A DNA stretch of 64,000 nucleotides from Candidatus Altimarinota bacterium (GTDB lineage Bacteria; Patescibacteriota; Gracilibacteria; 1-14-2-50-48-13). The stretch spans positions 672,001-736,000 of the forward strand of contig JBKBWQ010000001.1 in the NCBI GenBank assembly GCA_046314355.1, read 5' to 3'. The notes beneath the pieces were generated by a model. It saw nothing but the letters and a program-made list of their open reading frames with translations, was not told the DNA's origin and searched no databases. A program made the position numbers and the translations under genes. Below are positions 36,501 through 45,061 of this stretch, piece by piece. Position 1 is the stretch's first letter; each line of letters opens with the position of its first letter.

Positions 36501-37025
36501 CTCAAAGGTACAATGGAGAGACTTCTCAAGAAAGGTGTCGTACTTAATGATCAGGAGAGTGTATTTGATATCTATTCAGAAGTGGATCGTGGAACTCTTG
36601 TAAGATATATTCTCCAATCAAATTGTGAAACTTATCCAGTTTTACCATTATTTAAAGCACCATTCATCGATGTACCTGTTACCAATACCAATGCTCTCTT
36701 CATCTCTATTGCAAAAGCATATGGAAAGATAAAAGGATATGAAGTAGATGGAACCTTCAGACCAGGTAATAAGATCACTCGAGCTGAAGCATTAAAGATC
36801 ATCCTTGAGATTACACTTGGTGATGGAGAAAGAAAGCTCACTGGAACTGCTAGTCCATACAATGATGTGCCAGCTGATGCTTGGTTCAAGGATTATGTAA
36901 GTTATGCCTTTGAACACGGAATCATTAAGCCTCTTGAAGATAAGAAGTTTAGACCAAATGATGCTGCAAAGAAAAGCGAGATCTTCTATATGCTTGGAAG
37001 AGTATTTGCTTTTAAGAATAGCTAA
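30519..37025 (+). CDS. Giant SLH-anchored surface protein: AIR9/A9-type Ig domains, two KFNGTSW beta-propellers, six YYWRIKFWD FN3-like repeats, Big_5-like domain, T/N linker, C-terminal SLH
   Basis: Signal peptide, repeats visible in the translation, and SLH motifs PFIDVP...GTFRPGNKITRAEA and PYNDVPADAWF...FRPND. Confidence 0.9.
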   Translation: MFYTKTKKVSTLFLLSAFIFGFILNSELVFAANVAPVASDVSITGGTNVGDLLTGNYTFSDADNDWTALGGAGNAYNGETWRPKMKVDQSGNVYFAFGSDIPNGNKGTVTKYDPNTQSWSFVGTPYFTPGAARDVGLDIDSNGTPYFAFQDEANFYRPSVMKFNGTSWVYVGLPEVSNVPINSQLNLVLDSNDLPYISYVNDTNFKLKVLRFNGTSWVDVGPAGEPSTDAARGGSLALDGNNVPYITYAIAPSAANGYNYGKVIVKKFNGTSWIDVGPAGGVSEETATDVTMAIDSNNVPYFVYSNTTGGNKALKFNGSVWEYIGSNSGSVTPVFGASSPYLALDDNDVPYVALEVVDFNDGTYSNSVRKFNGTSWETVGSDSFTPARGYIPVLDFDADQNVYIGFEDFYFSDPDNDVVSYGTVTKYAIVDEEGASTYRWLRDGTPISGATASTYTIVTADRGTTLTFEVTPVAATGTSPGTAATSPAYFIPDEPPEASNVSITGNPRTGELLTGEYTYSDPDGNPEGNTTFQWFKDDTPISDATTTTYTVKPSDVGHNIAFEVRPVASAGITNGTPVRSVNVMILNAPPMASNVSISGNPYAGEVLTGQYTFSDADSNIWKSVNNNGDASLGTNAQSAFLRNDAAGKLYMGYVDQNFLGTVTTYNTVTETWEYVGSPAFTNSNVYMSAFDVSETGTPYYAFMDESVNYQATVMKYNGSSWVHVGALGFTPDPVNNIYIDIDSNNTPYIAYSSQLDASIYVMKYNGTSWVQVGTSPASASNASFALDHDGTPYIAYLDNNHLDSNFNPKTTVKKFNGTAWVTVGTEGFSQNGATYTSITFDSQNQPYLTYDDVDLYKTITQKFNGTAWETVGQPTGVAYSNALISIDANDVPYVVYSNYANQSSLNIISFNGTSWVPVGDTVISDQTAANPTIAFGPNNKLYTGYVDYSTMDSAATVKTLDAGDIEGASEYAWLKDSSPISGETGVTYTVKAEDIGHTIIFQVSPRSATGTNPGTTQSSSGLVILNSTPTAPSDLYANTAANGAQTGLTNPTITSADIVLSAIYNDPDMGDTANKYDIQIGTDTTFTALYYASGMADISDIAQGERSPDIVLNGFNAADNLTYYWRIKFWDVNGEEGAYSQAAEFTTVLNDIPTSPTDLYANTAANGAQTGLTNPTLNDENIVFSAVYNDNDPTDTAKKYQLQVSTDITFSTTDYDSGSGVVITDISTGERSIDIAPGSFTADDNTPYYWRIKFWDANDAEGPYSGTASFLTKINDTPSAPIDLFSNTASEGAQSGLSNPTLAENEIVFSAIYTDEDATDTANKYQLEISSDSSFNTIVYDSGSTGTSIADISEGDRSTDIIPGLFTAEDDSTYYWRIKFWDDENTEGAFSSAASFTTNINDAPTAPTDLFANDSTTGAQSGLTDPTTLQTRSLAFSAVFNDPDTNDTSTQYQLQISATNTFSSTVYDSGAESIASIDAGERSSDITTTFTPEYETTYYWRIRFWDAETTAGAYSSAATFSVPDQDAPVVTSTTPADGATNVSTSTEVKLSITDLLSEVDLDSLDISIGGSNAITDGVCEQNNFNCSTNPITNGYEIVITNTSGGYAANTQHTVAYSVQDTAATPNVLSDDFSFTTLAAPDAPSDLYANISSTGVQSGLANPMDLNGQSVAVSAVHNDPQTEAAESYRLEVSTDNGFSTIIFDSGKTQLTSSVADGARSPSITIPETLVDNTTYYWRIRFWSNAGEGTPATASFGIHLNSAPTAPTNLFANDASSGAQTGLTNPTDLNSTSLTFSGIYNDPDTGDIANKYQLQISTDNNFSAIAYDSGSTGTSITNIIAGNRSEDIILGTSFTPVRGTTYYYRIKFWDDSNTEGAFSASGTSSATFKVKLANTPTPTPPVSGGGGGGGYTPPAPVGTNTNTNVPSTNANNNSTNTNSNTTPNNNTNTTSPNQNSTNPNTSGSGGTTQTPETSHSLCKIMRPFDTTISDAITESELKGTMERLLKKGVVLNDQESVFDIYSEVDRGTLVRYILQSNCETYPVLPLFKAPFIDVPVTNTNALFISIAKAYGKIKGYEVDGTFRPGNKITRAEALKIILEITLGDGERKLTGTASPYNDVPADAWFKDYVSYAFEHGIIKPLEDKKFRPNDAAKKSEIFYMLGRVFAFKNS

Positions 37026-37070
37026 ATTAAAAAAGCCACTGGGATAATCCCAGTGGCTTTTTTAATTTAG
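37022..37070. terminator. Bidirectional terminator, a perfect 24-bp inverted repeat containing both stop codons
   Basis: CTAAATTAAAAAAGCCACTGGGAT-A-ATCCCAGTGGCTTTTTTAATTTAG. Confidence 0.9.
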
Positions 37071-37546
37071 TAAGCATTTGAAAATGTTAGAAGAATTTCC
37101 GCATCCCCCTTCTTCTGATGAACCTCTTTCTTCAGTCTCATATTAAAATCTCCTGCAGTTAAGTGTATACCATGGGAGAGTATATCTCCTTCTCCGATCT
37201 GTTTTGTCACTACTACTGTATCCTCGATCTTTTCAACTTCCATGAATGATATGTCATGTAAAGAAATATCTCCTTTAGTCTGAATGGAAACATCCATGCC
37301 ATGTGCATCCGCCTGTTCCATGATACTTAAAGGAATAGATTCAGTACCAGGCAGTATATACCCTGCATTAAGAGGAGTCTGACTCACCGTAACCACATCT
37401 GCGCTCAATACAAGATTTGTACTATCAGCCAAAGCCATATTGATATTATTCTTTGTATTAGATACCGTCGTGAGAATCGTAGCAGCAGTAAGTACAGGCA
37501 ACACCACTTTTTTATTTATAAATGTGCGGGTTTTTTCTAAATCCAT
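37067..37546 (-). CDS. Hypothetical exported protein
   Basis: N-terminal hydrophobic stretch, beta-rich remainder. Confidence 0.6.
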   Translation of the reverse strand: MDLEKTRTFINKKVVLPVLTAATILTTVSNTKNNINMALADSTNLVLSADVVTVSQTPLNAGYILPGTESIPLSIMEQADAHGMDVSIQTKGDISLHDISFMEVEKIEDTVVVTKQIGEGDILSHGIHLTAGDFNMRLKKEVHQKKGDAEILLTFSNAY

Positions 37547-37616
37547 AGAGTCAGAAGGGAGGGTAAATACTTATATTATAAGAAAATCATTAGTTCTGTA
37601 AACAGGTCTATAGATG

Positions 37617-38150
37617 CTACTTCTTCCCTACCATCTTCATATACTCATTCTTACTTGTCAGAGTTGTAGTATCAGAGATTCTATCTAGAAACACCTTTCC
37701 ATCGAGATGATCTATTTCATGCTGGATAATGCGGGCAAGCAGACCTCCTGTTTCAAGGATAAATTTTTCTCCATGCACATCCACTGCTTCTACTATCACA
37801 GTTTCCGGACGCCTCACAGAGGAAAAAAGATCTGCATGTGCTACACTGCCGCATCCCTCATAGATCTCTACCTGTTTTTTTGAAAGAGAAAGAATTTTCG
37901 GATTAATAAAAACGCGTACAGGATCAGGGATCTGCGCGCTTCTTGTATCAGTCACTCTGATTTCCGTTACAAATACACGCAGATTGATACCTATCTGCGG
38001 AGCTGCCATACCTACAAGACGTGCATCTCTCATACTATCTGTCAGATCTTCCACAAGCTGCTTTATCTCCTCTGAACGGATATCTTTAACGATCTTAGAT
38101 TTTTTTCTGATAATCGGATTACCGACCTGCGTCACATCTTTTATAATCAT
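37617..38150 (-). CDS. def: Peptide deformylase
   Basis: Motifs VGMAAPQIG, EGCGSV, QHEIDHLDG. Confidence 0.93.
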   Translation of the reverse strand: MIIKDVTQVGNPIIRKKSKIVKDIRSEEIKQLVEDLTDSMRDARLVGMAAPQIGINLRVFVTEIRVTDTRSAQIPDPVRVFINPKILSLSKKQVEIYEGCGSVAHADLFSSVRRPETVIVEAVDVHGEKFILETGGLLARIIQHEIDHLDGKVFLDRISDTTTLTSKNEYMKMVGKK

Positions 38151-38204
38151 GGAGGAGAAGATAATTGAGTAATTAAATTCTAGTATAGCTACTCTTTTAC
38201 AAAA

Positions 38205-38232
38205 TGAAAGAGCCCCTTTCAGGGCTCTTTCA
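38205..38232. terminator. Terminator-like hairpin
   Basis: TGAAAGAGCCC-CTTTCA-GGGCTCTTTCA. Confidence 0.6.
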
Positions 38233-38252
38233 GAAGTCAGGAAAAATACAGG

Positions 38253-38627
38253 TTACTCAAAAATAACTGAGTCTACAATTACTTGATCTCTTATACGGTC
38301 AGTACCCTCATCCCCACTGGATTCCTGATAGTCATGAGCATAGAGACCATCTCCGAATTTTTCCTTTAAGCTTTCACGAAACATTTTGATCCGCGGACAA
38401 AGCGGGTCGTAACTCATATATACAAACTGTATCCCATAATTATCCTGAGATACTTTTCTGACAATAATTTGTTTAAACTCTTTATGCTGTGCCCACTCTT
38501 GGGCAACTTTACGAATCTCAGCATACCCCGCCGTGCGGTAATCTATTTTTAAGACACCTACAGCAAAATAGTAAAAAGGTTTTGTTGAATCTGAGTGGAA
38601 TGCTCCACTTTGAATTGATTGTGACAT
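38253..38627 (-). CDS. Hypothetical protein
   Basis: Likely start MSQSIQ. Globular alpha/beta composition, no recognised motif. Confidence 0.65.
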   Translation of the reverse strand: MSQSIQSGAFHSDSTKPFYYFAVGVLKIDYRTAGYAEIRKVAQEWAQHKEFKQIIVRKVSQDNYGIQFVYMSYDPLCPRIKMFRESLKEKFGDGLYAHDYQESSGDEGTDRIRDQVIVDSVIFE

Positions 38628-38784
38628 AAGGACAAAAATAAATGACAAAAAATGACTTCCTGACTTCAATAGGATTGTACTACTATTTATTATTCCTGCA
38701 ACATTTCGACAAAAATTAATACTCTAGATCTAAAAAGAGAAGATCCGCAGACCTCCTCTTTTTATTCCTAACTTTGATAAACGT

Positions 38785-39243
38785 TTATTTCAGCATACTG
38801 ATGATTTCCTCTTCAGTGACGATACCTTCCTTTCTTGCAATCTCTTCATTTCCCTTCATTACGACAAGAGTTCCTACTTTAAGATTATGCGCTTTTTCAA
38901 AGTCCCTGTCCTGCTCTGGTGTATATTTAAATCCAAGAATATCAGTTCTCTTCATAAAAGAAAAAGCCTTTATAATAGAAAGTGTCGTCTTTCTACAATC
39001 AGTGCATGTAGGACTATATGTATAGACCAAAAACTTTTTATCCCCGCTCTCGATAAGTGAATCTACATTACTCTTATTATAATCCTGATATCTGCCCCAA
39101 AGAATATTTGTAGCCTTTGCAGCGATACCTTGAGATCCCTGAGCATTGAGGTTGGCACCGGAAGAAGTCTCCTCTCCCCTGCTGCATGAAGTAAATCCTA
39201 AGACAAGAGTAAGTACAAGAAATGATGAAATGAGTGAGCGCAT
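38785..39243 (-). CDS. Thioredoxin-fold lipoprotein
   Basis: Lipobox FTSC, a CTDC active-site motif, and a C-terminal TLVV.KG.EIAR.EG pattern. Confidence 0.75.
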   Translation of the reverse strand: MRSLISSFLVLTLVLGFTSCSRGEETSSGANLNAQGSQGIAAKATNILWGRYQDYNKSNVDSLIESGDKKFLVYTYSPTCTDCRKTTLSIIKAFSFMKRTDILGFKYTPEQDRDFEKAHNLKVGTLVVMKGNEEIARKEGIVTEEEIISMLK

Positions 39244-39407
39244 GAAAATAGTATTAACAATATTACAGAGTAAAGATATAGCATAATCAGCCTCTTTTGG
39301 AAAGAAAATTACAATATCTCGGAAGGTGAGTAAAATATTATAGAAATTTCATCGATGAGAAGAAAATTTCTGCTATACTTAGAAGAACTATCTTCTTATC
39401 TTCTTCT

Positions 39408-40118
39408 ATGTCTTATAACCGAATACTGCTCAAGATATCCGGTGAAGCTCTTAAAGGCAAAAGAGATCACGGCATTGATCCAGCTTTTACACATGAGCTT
39501 GCCTTAGAAATACAAAAGATTCACAAAAAAAACATCCAGATCGCAATCGTCATTGGAGGTGGAAATATATTCCGCGGAGCTAAGGCTGAGGCGAACGGAA
39601 TGGATAGAACACTCGCAGATTACACCGGAATGCTCGCAACTATAATGAATGGACTCGCTCTTCAAGATGCCTTCAAAAAAACAGGCATTTCTTCACATGT
39701 TCTTTCTGCCCTCGATATACCGCAAGTCTGTGAAAACTATAATAAAAGAGAAGGAGTTGAGTACTTGGAAAAAGGAGAAATCGTGATCTGCGTCGGTGGT
39801 ACAGGAAATCCGTATTTTAGTACAGATTCCGCTGCGGCTCTGCGTGCAATAGAACTAGAATGCGATATCATTATGAAAGGAACAAAGGTAGATGGAGTCT
39901 ACGACAAGGACCCCATGCAATTCCCAGAAGCACACCTCTACACCACCCTGTCCTTTGATCAAGTCATAGAACAAAATATAAAAATTATGGATCAAACAGC
40001 CTTTACACTATGCAAGGAAAACAACATGCCCATAAAAGTATTTAACGTCACCCACCTAGAGAATATAGAACGAGCAATACTAGAGGACGGATTTGGAACT
40101 AAGATAAGTGGGAGTTAG
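39408..40118 (+). CDS. pyrH: UMP kinase
   Basis: Motifs RILLKISGEAL, GGGNIFRG, GMLATIMN, GNPYFSTDSAAALRA, DGVYDKDP. Confidence 0.97.
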   Translation: MSYNRILLKISGEALKGKRDHGIDPAFTHELALEIQKIHKKNIQIAIVIGGGNIFRGAKAEANGMDRTLADYTGMLATIMNGLALQDAFKKTGISSHVLSALDIPQVCENYNKREGVEYLEKGEIVICVGGTGNPYFSTDSAAALRAIELECDIIMKGTKVDGVYDKDPMQFPEAHLYTTLSFDQVIEQNIKIMDQTAFTLCKENNMPIKVFNVTHLENIERAILEDGFGTKISGS

Positions 40119-40215
40119 GGCGCAGTAATTTGGCGCACATAATTGGACTCAATAATTAAGTAATTGAGATCAATTATTGCAGTCCAATAATGTGTCCCTA
40201 ATGATTGAGCCAAAT
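40119..40215. repeat. Palindromic array of TAATTG/GACTCAATAATT units (copy 1)
   Basis: Internal inverted repeats; shares an exact GACTCAATAATTA with 42075-42087. Confidence 0.7.
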
Positions 40216-40297
40216 TCCCCTTTTCTTTCCTCCCCTTGAATATCCTCAATAGTCCTGTATAGTAGACCCACTATTATACATTTTTTCACATATCTGC

Positions 40298-40837
40298 ATG
40301 GATACATATATCAGCGCATTTCAGCAGAAATACCTAAAGACAGTAGAACATTTTAAAACTGAATTAGGTAAAGTACAGACTGGACGTGCGAGCGCATCTC
40401 TCGTAGAGCATATTAGCGTAGAGCTTTATGGACAGATGCAGCCGCTTAAAAACGTAGCTTCTATCTCCATCCCTGACTCAAAGACAATTTCTCTCCAGCC
40501 ATGGGATAAATCTGCTATTCAACCTATAGAAAAGGCTCTGCAGAAATCCGATATCAACCCTATGAACAATGGTGTGAGCATACTCATTACACTTCCTCCT
40601 CTTACTGAAGAGAGAAGAAAAGAGATGGTAAAAATCGTGAAGAAAATCGCTGAAGAAACAAAAGTAACTATCAGACAGCAGCGTCAGACAGCCATGGATG
40701 AAATCAAAAAAGATAAGGATGCTTCCGAAGATATGAAAAAAGGAGCAGAGAAAAAACTTCAGGAAAAAGTAGATGCTGCAAATAAAGAGATTGATGAGAT
40801 CTCCAAGAAAAAGGAGCAGGATATTATGACTATTTAA
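40298..40837 (+). CDS. frr: Ribosome recycling factor
   Basis: Motifs TGRAS, QPWDK, PPLTEERRKE, KKKEQDIM. Confidence 0.97.
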   Translation: MDTYISAFQQKYLKTVEHFKTELGKVQTGRASASLVEHISVELYGQMQPLKNVASISIPDSKTISLQPWDKSAIQPIEKALQKSDINPMNNGVSILITLPPLTEERRKEMVKIVKKIAEETKVTIRQQRQTAMDEIKKDKDASEDMKKGAEKKLQEKVDAANKEIDEISKKKEQDIMTI

Positions 40838-40852
40838 TCAACCAATCGTTTC

Positions 40853-42055
40853 ATGGAAAGTTTTTTCTCAAGTATACCATCATTTTTATTAAGTGCTCTT
40901 GCGGTTATAGTTGTCTTCTCACTGGTCATTCTTATACACGAGCTTGGTCATTTTACCGCAGCAAAATGGTTTAAGGTAAAGGTTGAGGAATTTGGTATGG
41001 GATTACCTCCAAAGGCAAAAGTACTCTATAAGAAAGGTGACACTGAATATACATTGAACTGGATTCCTTTCGGAGGATTTGTGCGTATGTTCGGAGAATC
41101 TGATGTGGACGGTGAGCTTACAGATAATAAAGATAGCTTCTCTGCAAAGCCCGTATGGCAGCGTATAATTATTGCCTCTGCAGGCGTATTTATGAATTTT
41201 CTGCTAGCATATATACTTATAGTAATATTATTCCTTTCTGGATTTAAGCCACTTGCTATCATTCCAGATAATATGTATCCAATGAAAGAGAGTTCTTATC
41301 TCTTGAGTTCACAGTCCTTCGCAAAAGAGAAAGGTATCATTAAAGACAATCCAGGAAGTACGTCTCCCCTTGTTATTACGTCTATCACTCCTGATTCTCA
41401 GGCTAGCCGTCTAGGTATTTCAGACAACTCACGTATTATAACTATCAATGATATTCCAGCATCCACAATGGAGATCTTCACAAAAACTTTGAAAGATGCT
41501 CCTGCAGGATCAAATATTACCATTGCCCTTCAGACTTCTAACGGAGTATCACAGATGATTGCTTTTCCAAAGGAGAAGGACACTATTGGAGTGACCATTG
41601 AACAAGAAAGAGCCTATACAGCTACAGGTAAGGATTATAAACTCTCGCTTTCAGAGGCTCCAGTAGCTGCAGCTGTAGAGCTTAAGAGTCAGATTACATA
41701 TATGTTTAGCGCAGTAGGTCAGGTCTTTGGAGAAATATTTACTTCCTTCAGTCTACCGAAGGATATCGGTGGTCCAGTACAGATCGCGAGCACGATAGGT
41801 ACAGTAAGCAAAGAAGGTATCAGTGCACTTATTATTCTTTCGGTTCTACTTTCAGTGAATCTTGGAGTTTTCAATATACTCCCTATCCCTGCTCTAGACG
41901 GAGGTAGAATTCTATTCATGATATATGAAGTGATCACGCGTAAGCGTCCAAATCAAAAAGTAGAGACTTATATTCATGTGATCGGATATGTATTTATACT
42001 TGGTCTTATACTACTGGTAACATATCAGGATATTGTCAGGTTATTTGTGAAATAG
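40853..42055 (+). CDS. rseP: Site-2 (M50) zinc metalloprotease with PDZ-like insert
   Basis: Motifs HELGH, NWIPFGGFVRM, AGVFMN, GGPV, NILPIPALDGG. Confidence 0.93.
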   Translation: MESFFSSIPSFLLSALAVIVVFSLVILIHELGHFTAAKWFKVKVEEFGMGLPPKAKVLYKKGDTEYTLNWIPFGGFVRMFGESDVDGELTDNKDSFSAKPVWQRIIIASAGVFMNFLLAYILIVILFLSGFKPLAIIPDNMYPMKESSYLLSSQSFAKEKGIIKDNPGSTSPLVITSITPDSQASRLGISDNSRIITINDIPASTMEIFTKTLKDAPAGSNITIALQTSNGVSQMIAFPKEKDTIGVTIEQERAYTATGKDYKLSLSEAPVAAAVELKSQITYMFSAVGQVFGEIFTSFSLPKDIGGPVQIASTIGTVSKEGISALIILSVLLSVNLGVFNILPIPALDGGRILFMIYEVITRKRPNQKVETYIHVIGYVFILGLILLVTYQDIVRLFVK

Positions 42056-42169
42056 TAATTGGGCACGATACTTAGACTCAATAATTAGGGCTCATAATTT
42101 GCGTAATTGGGCTCAATAATTGAGTCTAATTAGTGATGCCCAATTATCGTGCGCCCAATTATGAGCCCT
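42056..42169. repeat. Palindromic array of TAATTGGGC/GACTCAATAATT units (copy 2)
   Basis: Inverted pairs TAATTGGGCA/TGCCCAATTA, TTAGACTCAA/TTGAGTCTAA, AGGGCTCATAATT/AATTATGAGCCCT. Confidence 0.75.
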
Positions 42170-42260
42170 CTTTCAGAATTCCTTTCTTACCCCATTGCTT
42201 TTTACGAACTTTTATGTCATAATAATACGAATAACATAAATTCATAAAAACAAAATCCAT

Positions 42261-43517
42261 ATGTTTGGAATGGATCCATCGAGCATCATAACTACAATAA
42301 TGAATTATACAATTGGAGGTCTCCTCTCTCTTGTATCACTTCTTATTTGGGGATTTTTGTTCTATAGAAAAGATCCTGAAAGAAAAGATCTTACTATTCT
42401 ATCTTTCTGTGCAGGTGTACTTTCTGTAATTCCTATATTTACAGTACTTGGTAGTTTCGGATCAAGCCCTATTACCTTCGGACAGCTCAATATCGCAGGT
42501 CTGAACGTCTACACTCATATAGAAGCAATCGCAAATCATGGTGGTATGGAGCGTCTGCTCATCTATATCATTGTATGTATTCTCGCCTTCTTCCTGATGT
42601 ATGTCATCGTAGGAGTTATCATATTCATCCTTGATATTTTTTCAGGTGAACAAAGTGTACGGTCTTATGAGAAGATACTTTCAAGAAGTTTTGAAGCTCC
42701 ATTCATATTCATCACTTTAGGTATCATCATTGGTTTACTGGCATATTTCCTAGACTGGTCGCTCAATCATGTACTCTGGAAATCTTTGATGATTGGTGCG
42801 GTAGAAGAGTTTGCCAAACATCTCGTAGTACGTTTTTCAAATGAAAATAAATTTAGAAATATTAACGATGCGATAGAGTTTAGTATTATCGTTGCGCTCG
42901 GTTTCGCCTTTCTAGAAAATATTCTCTACTTTGTAGATAGAATCTGGCTTGCTCCATGTAATGCAGAAGAAATACGGCTTGGAGAATGTCTTTTTAATCC
43001 AAAGACAGGTACGTATATCCATCAAGTGGGCTATCTTCTTGTACCTTTCATATTTAGATCCTTTTTCTCTACGCTTGCCCATGTGATTTCATCAGGTCTA
43101 TTTGGATATTTTTATGGTCTGGCAACCTTTTCAAGTGAGGAAGTAAAAGATTATGCAAAAAGACCACAAAGCTTTCAGTTTAAAATACTTTCATGGTTTC
43201 ATAGGATCCTTCATCTAAAAGCTGATATCATTTATAGAGAGGAAAAAATACTTGAAGGTGCCATCATAGCAATGGTCTATCATGGAATCTTTGACTTCGT
43301 ACTGGATGCGGAAGTGGCAAAGTACTCCACAGAGCATTTTGGTATAAGCAGTATGGCACTCATCGCTCCGATGACCTTCGTCGGACTCTTTTACCTCTTC
43401 CACCTTTTCAATCAGCCCCGCAATAAGATTATATGGAATCAGAACCAGGTGCTTGGTGAACGTACAGAACTGCGTCTCATGAGAGAAGAATTGAAAAAGA
43501 AATTGAACATACAGTAA
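42261..43517 (+). CDS. PrsW-family intramembrane metalloprotease
   Basis: Motifs EEFAK, ALGFAFLENILY, RS...LAH, HGIFD. Many TMs. Confidence 0.88.
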   Translation: MFGMDPSSIITTIMNYTIGGLLSLVSLLIWGFLFYRKDPERKDLTILSFCAGVLSVIPIFTVLGSFGSSPITFGQLNIAGLNVYTHIEAIANHGGMERLLIYIIVCILAFFLMYVIVGVIIFILDIFSGEQSVRSYEKILSRSFEAPFIFITLGIIIGLLAYFLDWSLNHVLWKSLMIGAVEEFAKHLVVRFSNENKFRNINDAIEFSIIVALGFAFLENILYFVDRIWLAPCNAEEIRLGECLFNPKTGTYIHQVGYLLVPFIFRSFFSTLAHVISSGLFGYFYGLATFSSEEVKDYAKRPQSFQFKILSWFHRILHLKADIIYREEKILEGAIIAMVYHGIFDFVLDAEVAKYSTEHFGISSMALIAPMTFVGLFYLFHLFNQPRNKIIWNQNQVLGERTELRLMREELKKKLNIQ

Positions 43518-43533
43518 TCAAATATGTTTTAGA

Positions 43534-43574
43534 CATAAAAAAGCCGCTGCGTTAAACGCAGCGGCTTTTTTATG
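43534..43574. terminator. Bidirectional intrinsic terminator
   Basis: CATAAAAAAGCCGCTGCGTT-A-AACGCAGCGGCTTTTTTATG. Confidence 0.9.
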
Positions 43575-43583
43575 AATAGATGA

Positions 43584-43979
43584 TTATGCATCCATCATAT
43601 CACCTCCATCATTGAATGATGGTCGGCTGTTGTATCCTCCTCGGTCTCCTCCGAAATCTCGGCGTCCACCTCCGAATCCACCTCGATCTCCTCCTCCGAA
43701 TGAACGGCGAGGTCGATCTTCCATTGGTCGAGCCTGACTAACTCGTACAGTTCGTCCGAATGGTTCGCTCTTGTTGTCGAAGAATGCAATAGCATCTTCT
43801 ACCTGAGCTGGGTTTGCAAGAAGTACAAATCCGAATCCTTTGGACTCGCCTGTCATCTTGTTCATAATTACGCTAGCACCGTTCTCCGCAACTTCAAATC
43901 CTGCGTTAACAAATGCGTCGTGAAGTTCTTCTTTAGTAGTGGAATAAGGTAGTCCTCCTACGAAAAGCTTTGGTTCCAT
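43584..43979 (-). CDS. RRM (RNP-1) RNA-binding protein with Gly/Arg-rich tail
   Basis: RNP2 KLFVGGL, RNP1 KGFGFV, VRVSQARP, and an RGG tail. Start at MEPKLF. Confidence 0.92.
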   Translation of the reverse strand: MEPKLFVGGLPYSTTKEELHDAFVNAGFEVAENGASVIMNKMTGESKGFGFVLLANPAQVEDAIAFFDNKSEPFGRTVRVSQARPMEDRPRRSFGGGDRGGFGGGRRDFGGDRGGYNSRPSFNDGGDMMDA

Positions 43980-44261
43980 GTGACTTGGGATAAAGCTAAA
44001 AATATAGAATAGGCAGTCTTTCACCTCTTCCACCCAAATCTTTATGTATAAACGTAAAGAGCTTTGTAGTTTCGTGATTCTTATGGTTTCACGGGGGAAT
44101 CAAGATTCTGATACTTACCTATACTTATTGTACTCTATGTTAGCCCATTTGCAAGAGAAAGTCGGGGCTCAAGTAAGGAAGTAAGTAGTGATTCAGTAAT
44201 TAAGAATACCACTTAATGCTAGAAAAAACCTCCCTAATTCTTATGTCCTATTTCCCAATTC

Positions 44262-44867
44262 CTAATTCCTCTGAGCCTTTCTAATCCAGTACTTAGCCTC
44301 ATTTTCAGCTTTCTTCTCAATCCTTCTTATCCATTTTTGAAGTTTTTCTTCAGGTACTCTTCCAAATTTAGGTCCTATATACTCAAACATTCTCGGCCAT
44401 ACACCGCAATAAAAGAGAATAAATAGATTCCACACAACCGCAAACGGCATACCTATGCAAAGATATTTCCATGGTGAGCCTCCACCCGTCACAATAACTC
44501 TTCCTGTTTTACCTTTTAATAATCCCTGCGCACCCCATTTTGTATATTTAAAAGCAAAACCTGAAGCAAAATTTCTATCCACGAAGTTCTTGAGCGGAGC
44601 CGGCATTCCTCCCCACCAGAGCGGATGAAAAAAAGCAAGATGCTGTGCGTTATTAATTTTTTCCTGCATTGGAGTAAGATGTTCTGGATCGGCCTTTGTT
44701 TCACTTGGAATCTCAAAGCTCAGATATGGTTCCTGAGATTCTTTTTTATATAGATCCAGTAGCTCAACCGTATGCCCCGCTTCCTCAAGTTTTAATTTAT
44801 ATGCATCTGCGAGTACTCTCACAAATCCTTTTGAGCTTGGATGGGCAATAACAAGAAGTGCGTGCAT
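44262..44867 (-). CDS. NAD(P)H-dependent oxidoreductase (flavodoxin-like fold, Flavodoxin_2)
   Basis: Motifs IAHP, LDLY, PLWWGGMPAPLKNFVDR, GFAF, LLKGK. Confidence 0.9.
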   Translation of the reverse strand: MHALLVIAHPSSKGFVRVLADAYKLKLEEAGHTVELLDLYKKESQEPYLSFEIPSETKADPEHLTPMQEKINNAQHLAFFHPLWWGGMPAPLKNFVDRNFASGFAFKYTKWGAQGLLKGKTGRVIVTGGGSPWKYLCIGMPFAVVWNLFILFYCGVWPRMFEYIGPKFGRVPEEKLQKWIRRIEKKAENEAKYWIRKAQRN

Positions 44868-45061
44868 ATTTATCAAGAAATTATAGAAGTACCCGAGTTT
44901 GTATCAGAAATAATATAAGCTTATCATAAGTAAGTTAAAAGACATGTCAAAAGAATAATCATTCATGAGCATGTAAGCGCGATTCTACAAAATAAGAAGA
45001 TTTGATTCGACCTGTAGACAAATAAAGAGTATAGTAAACTATTACTTAATATATATATTAT

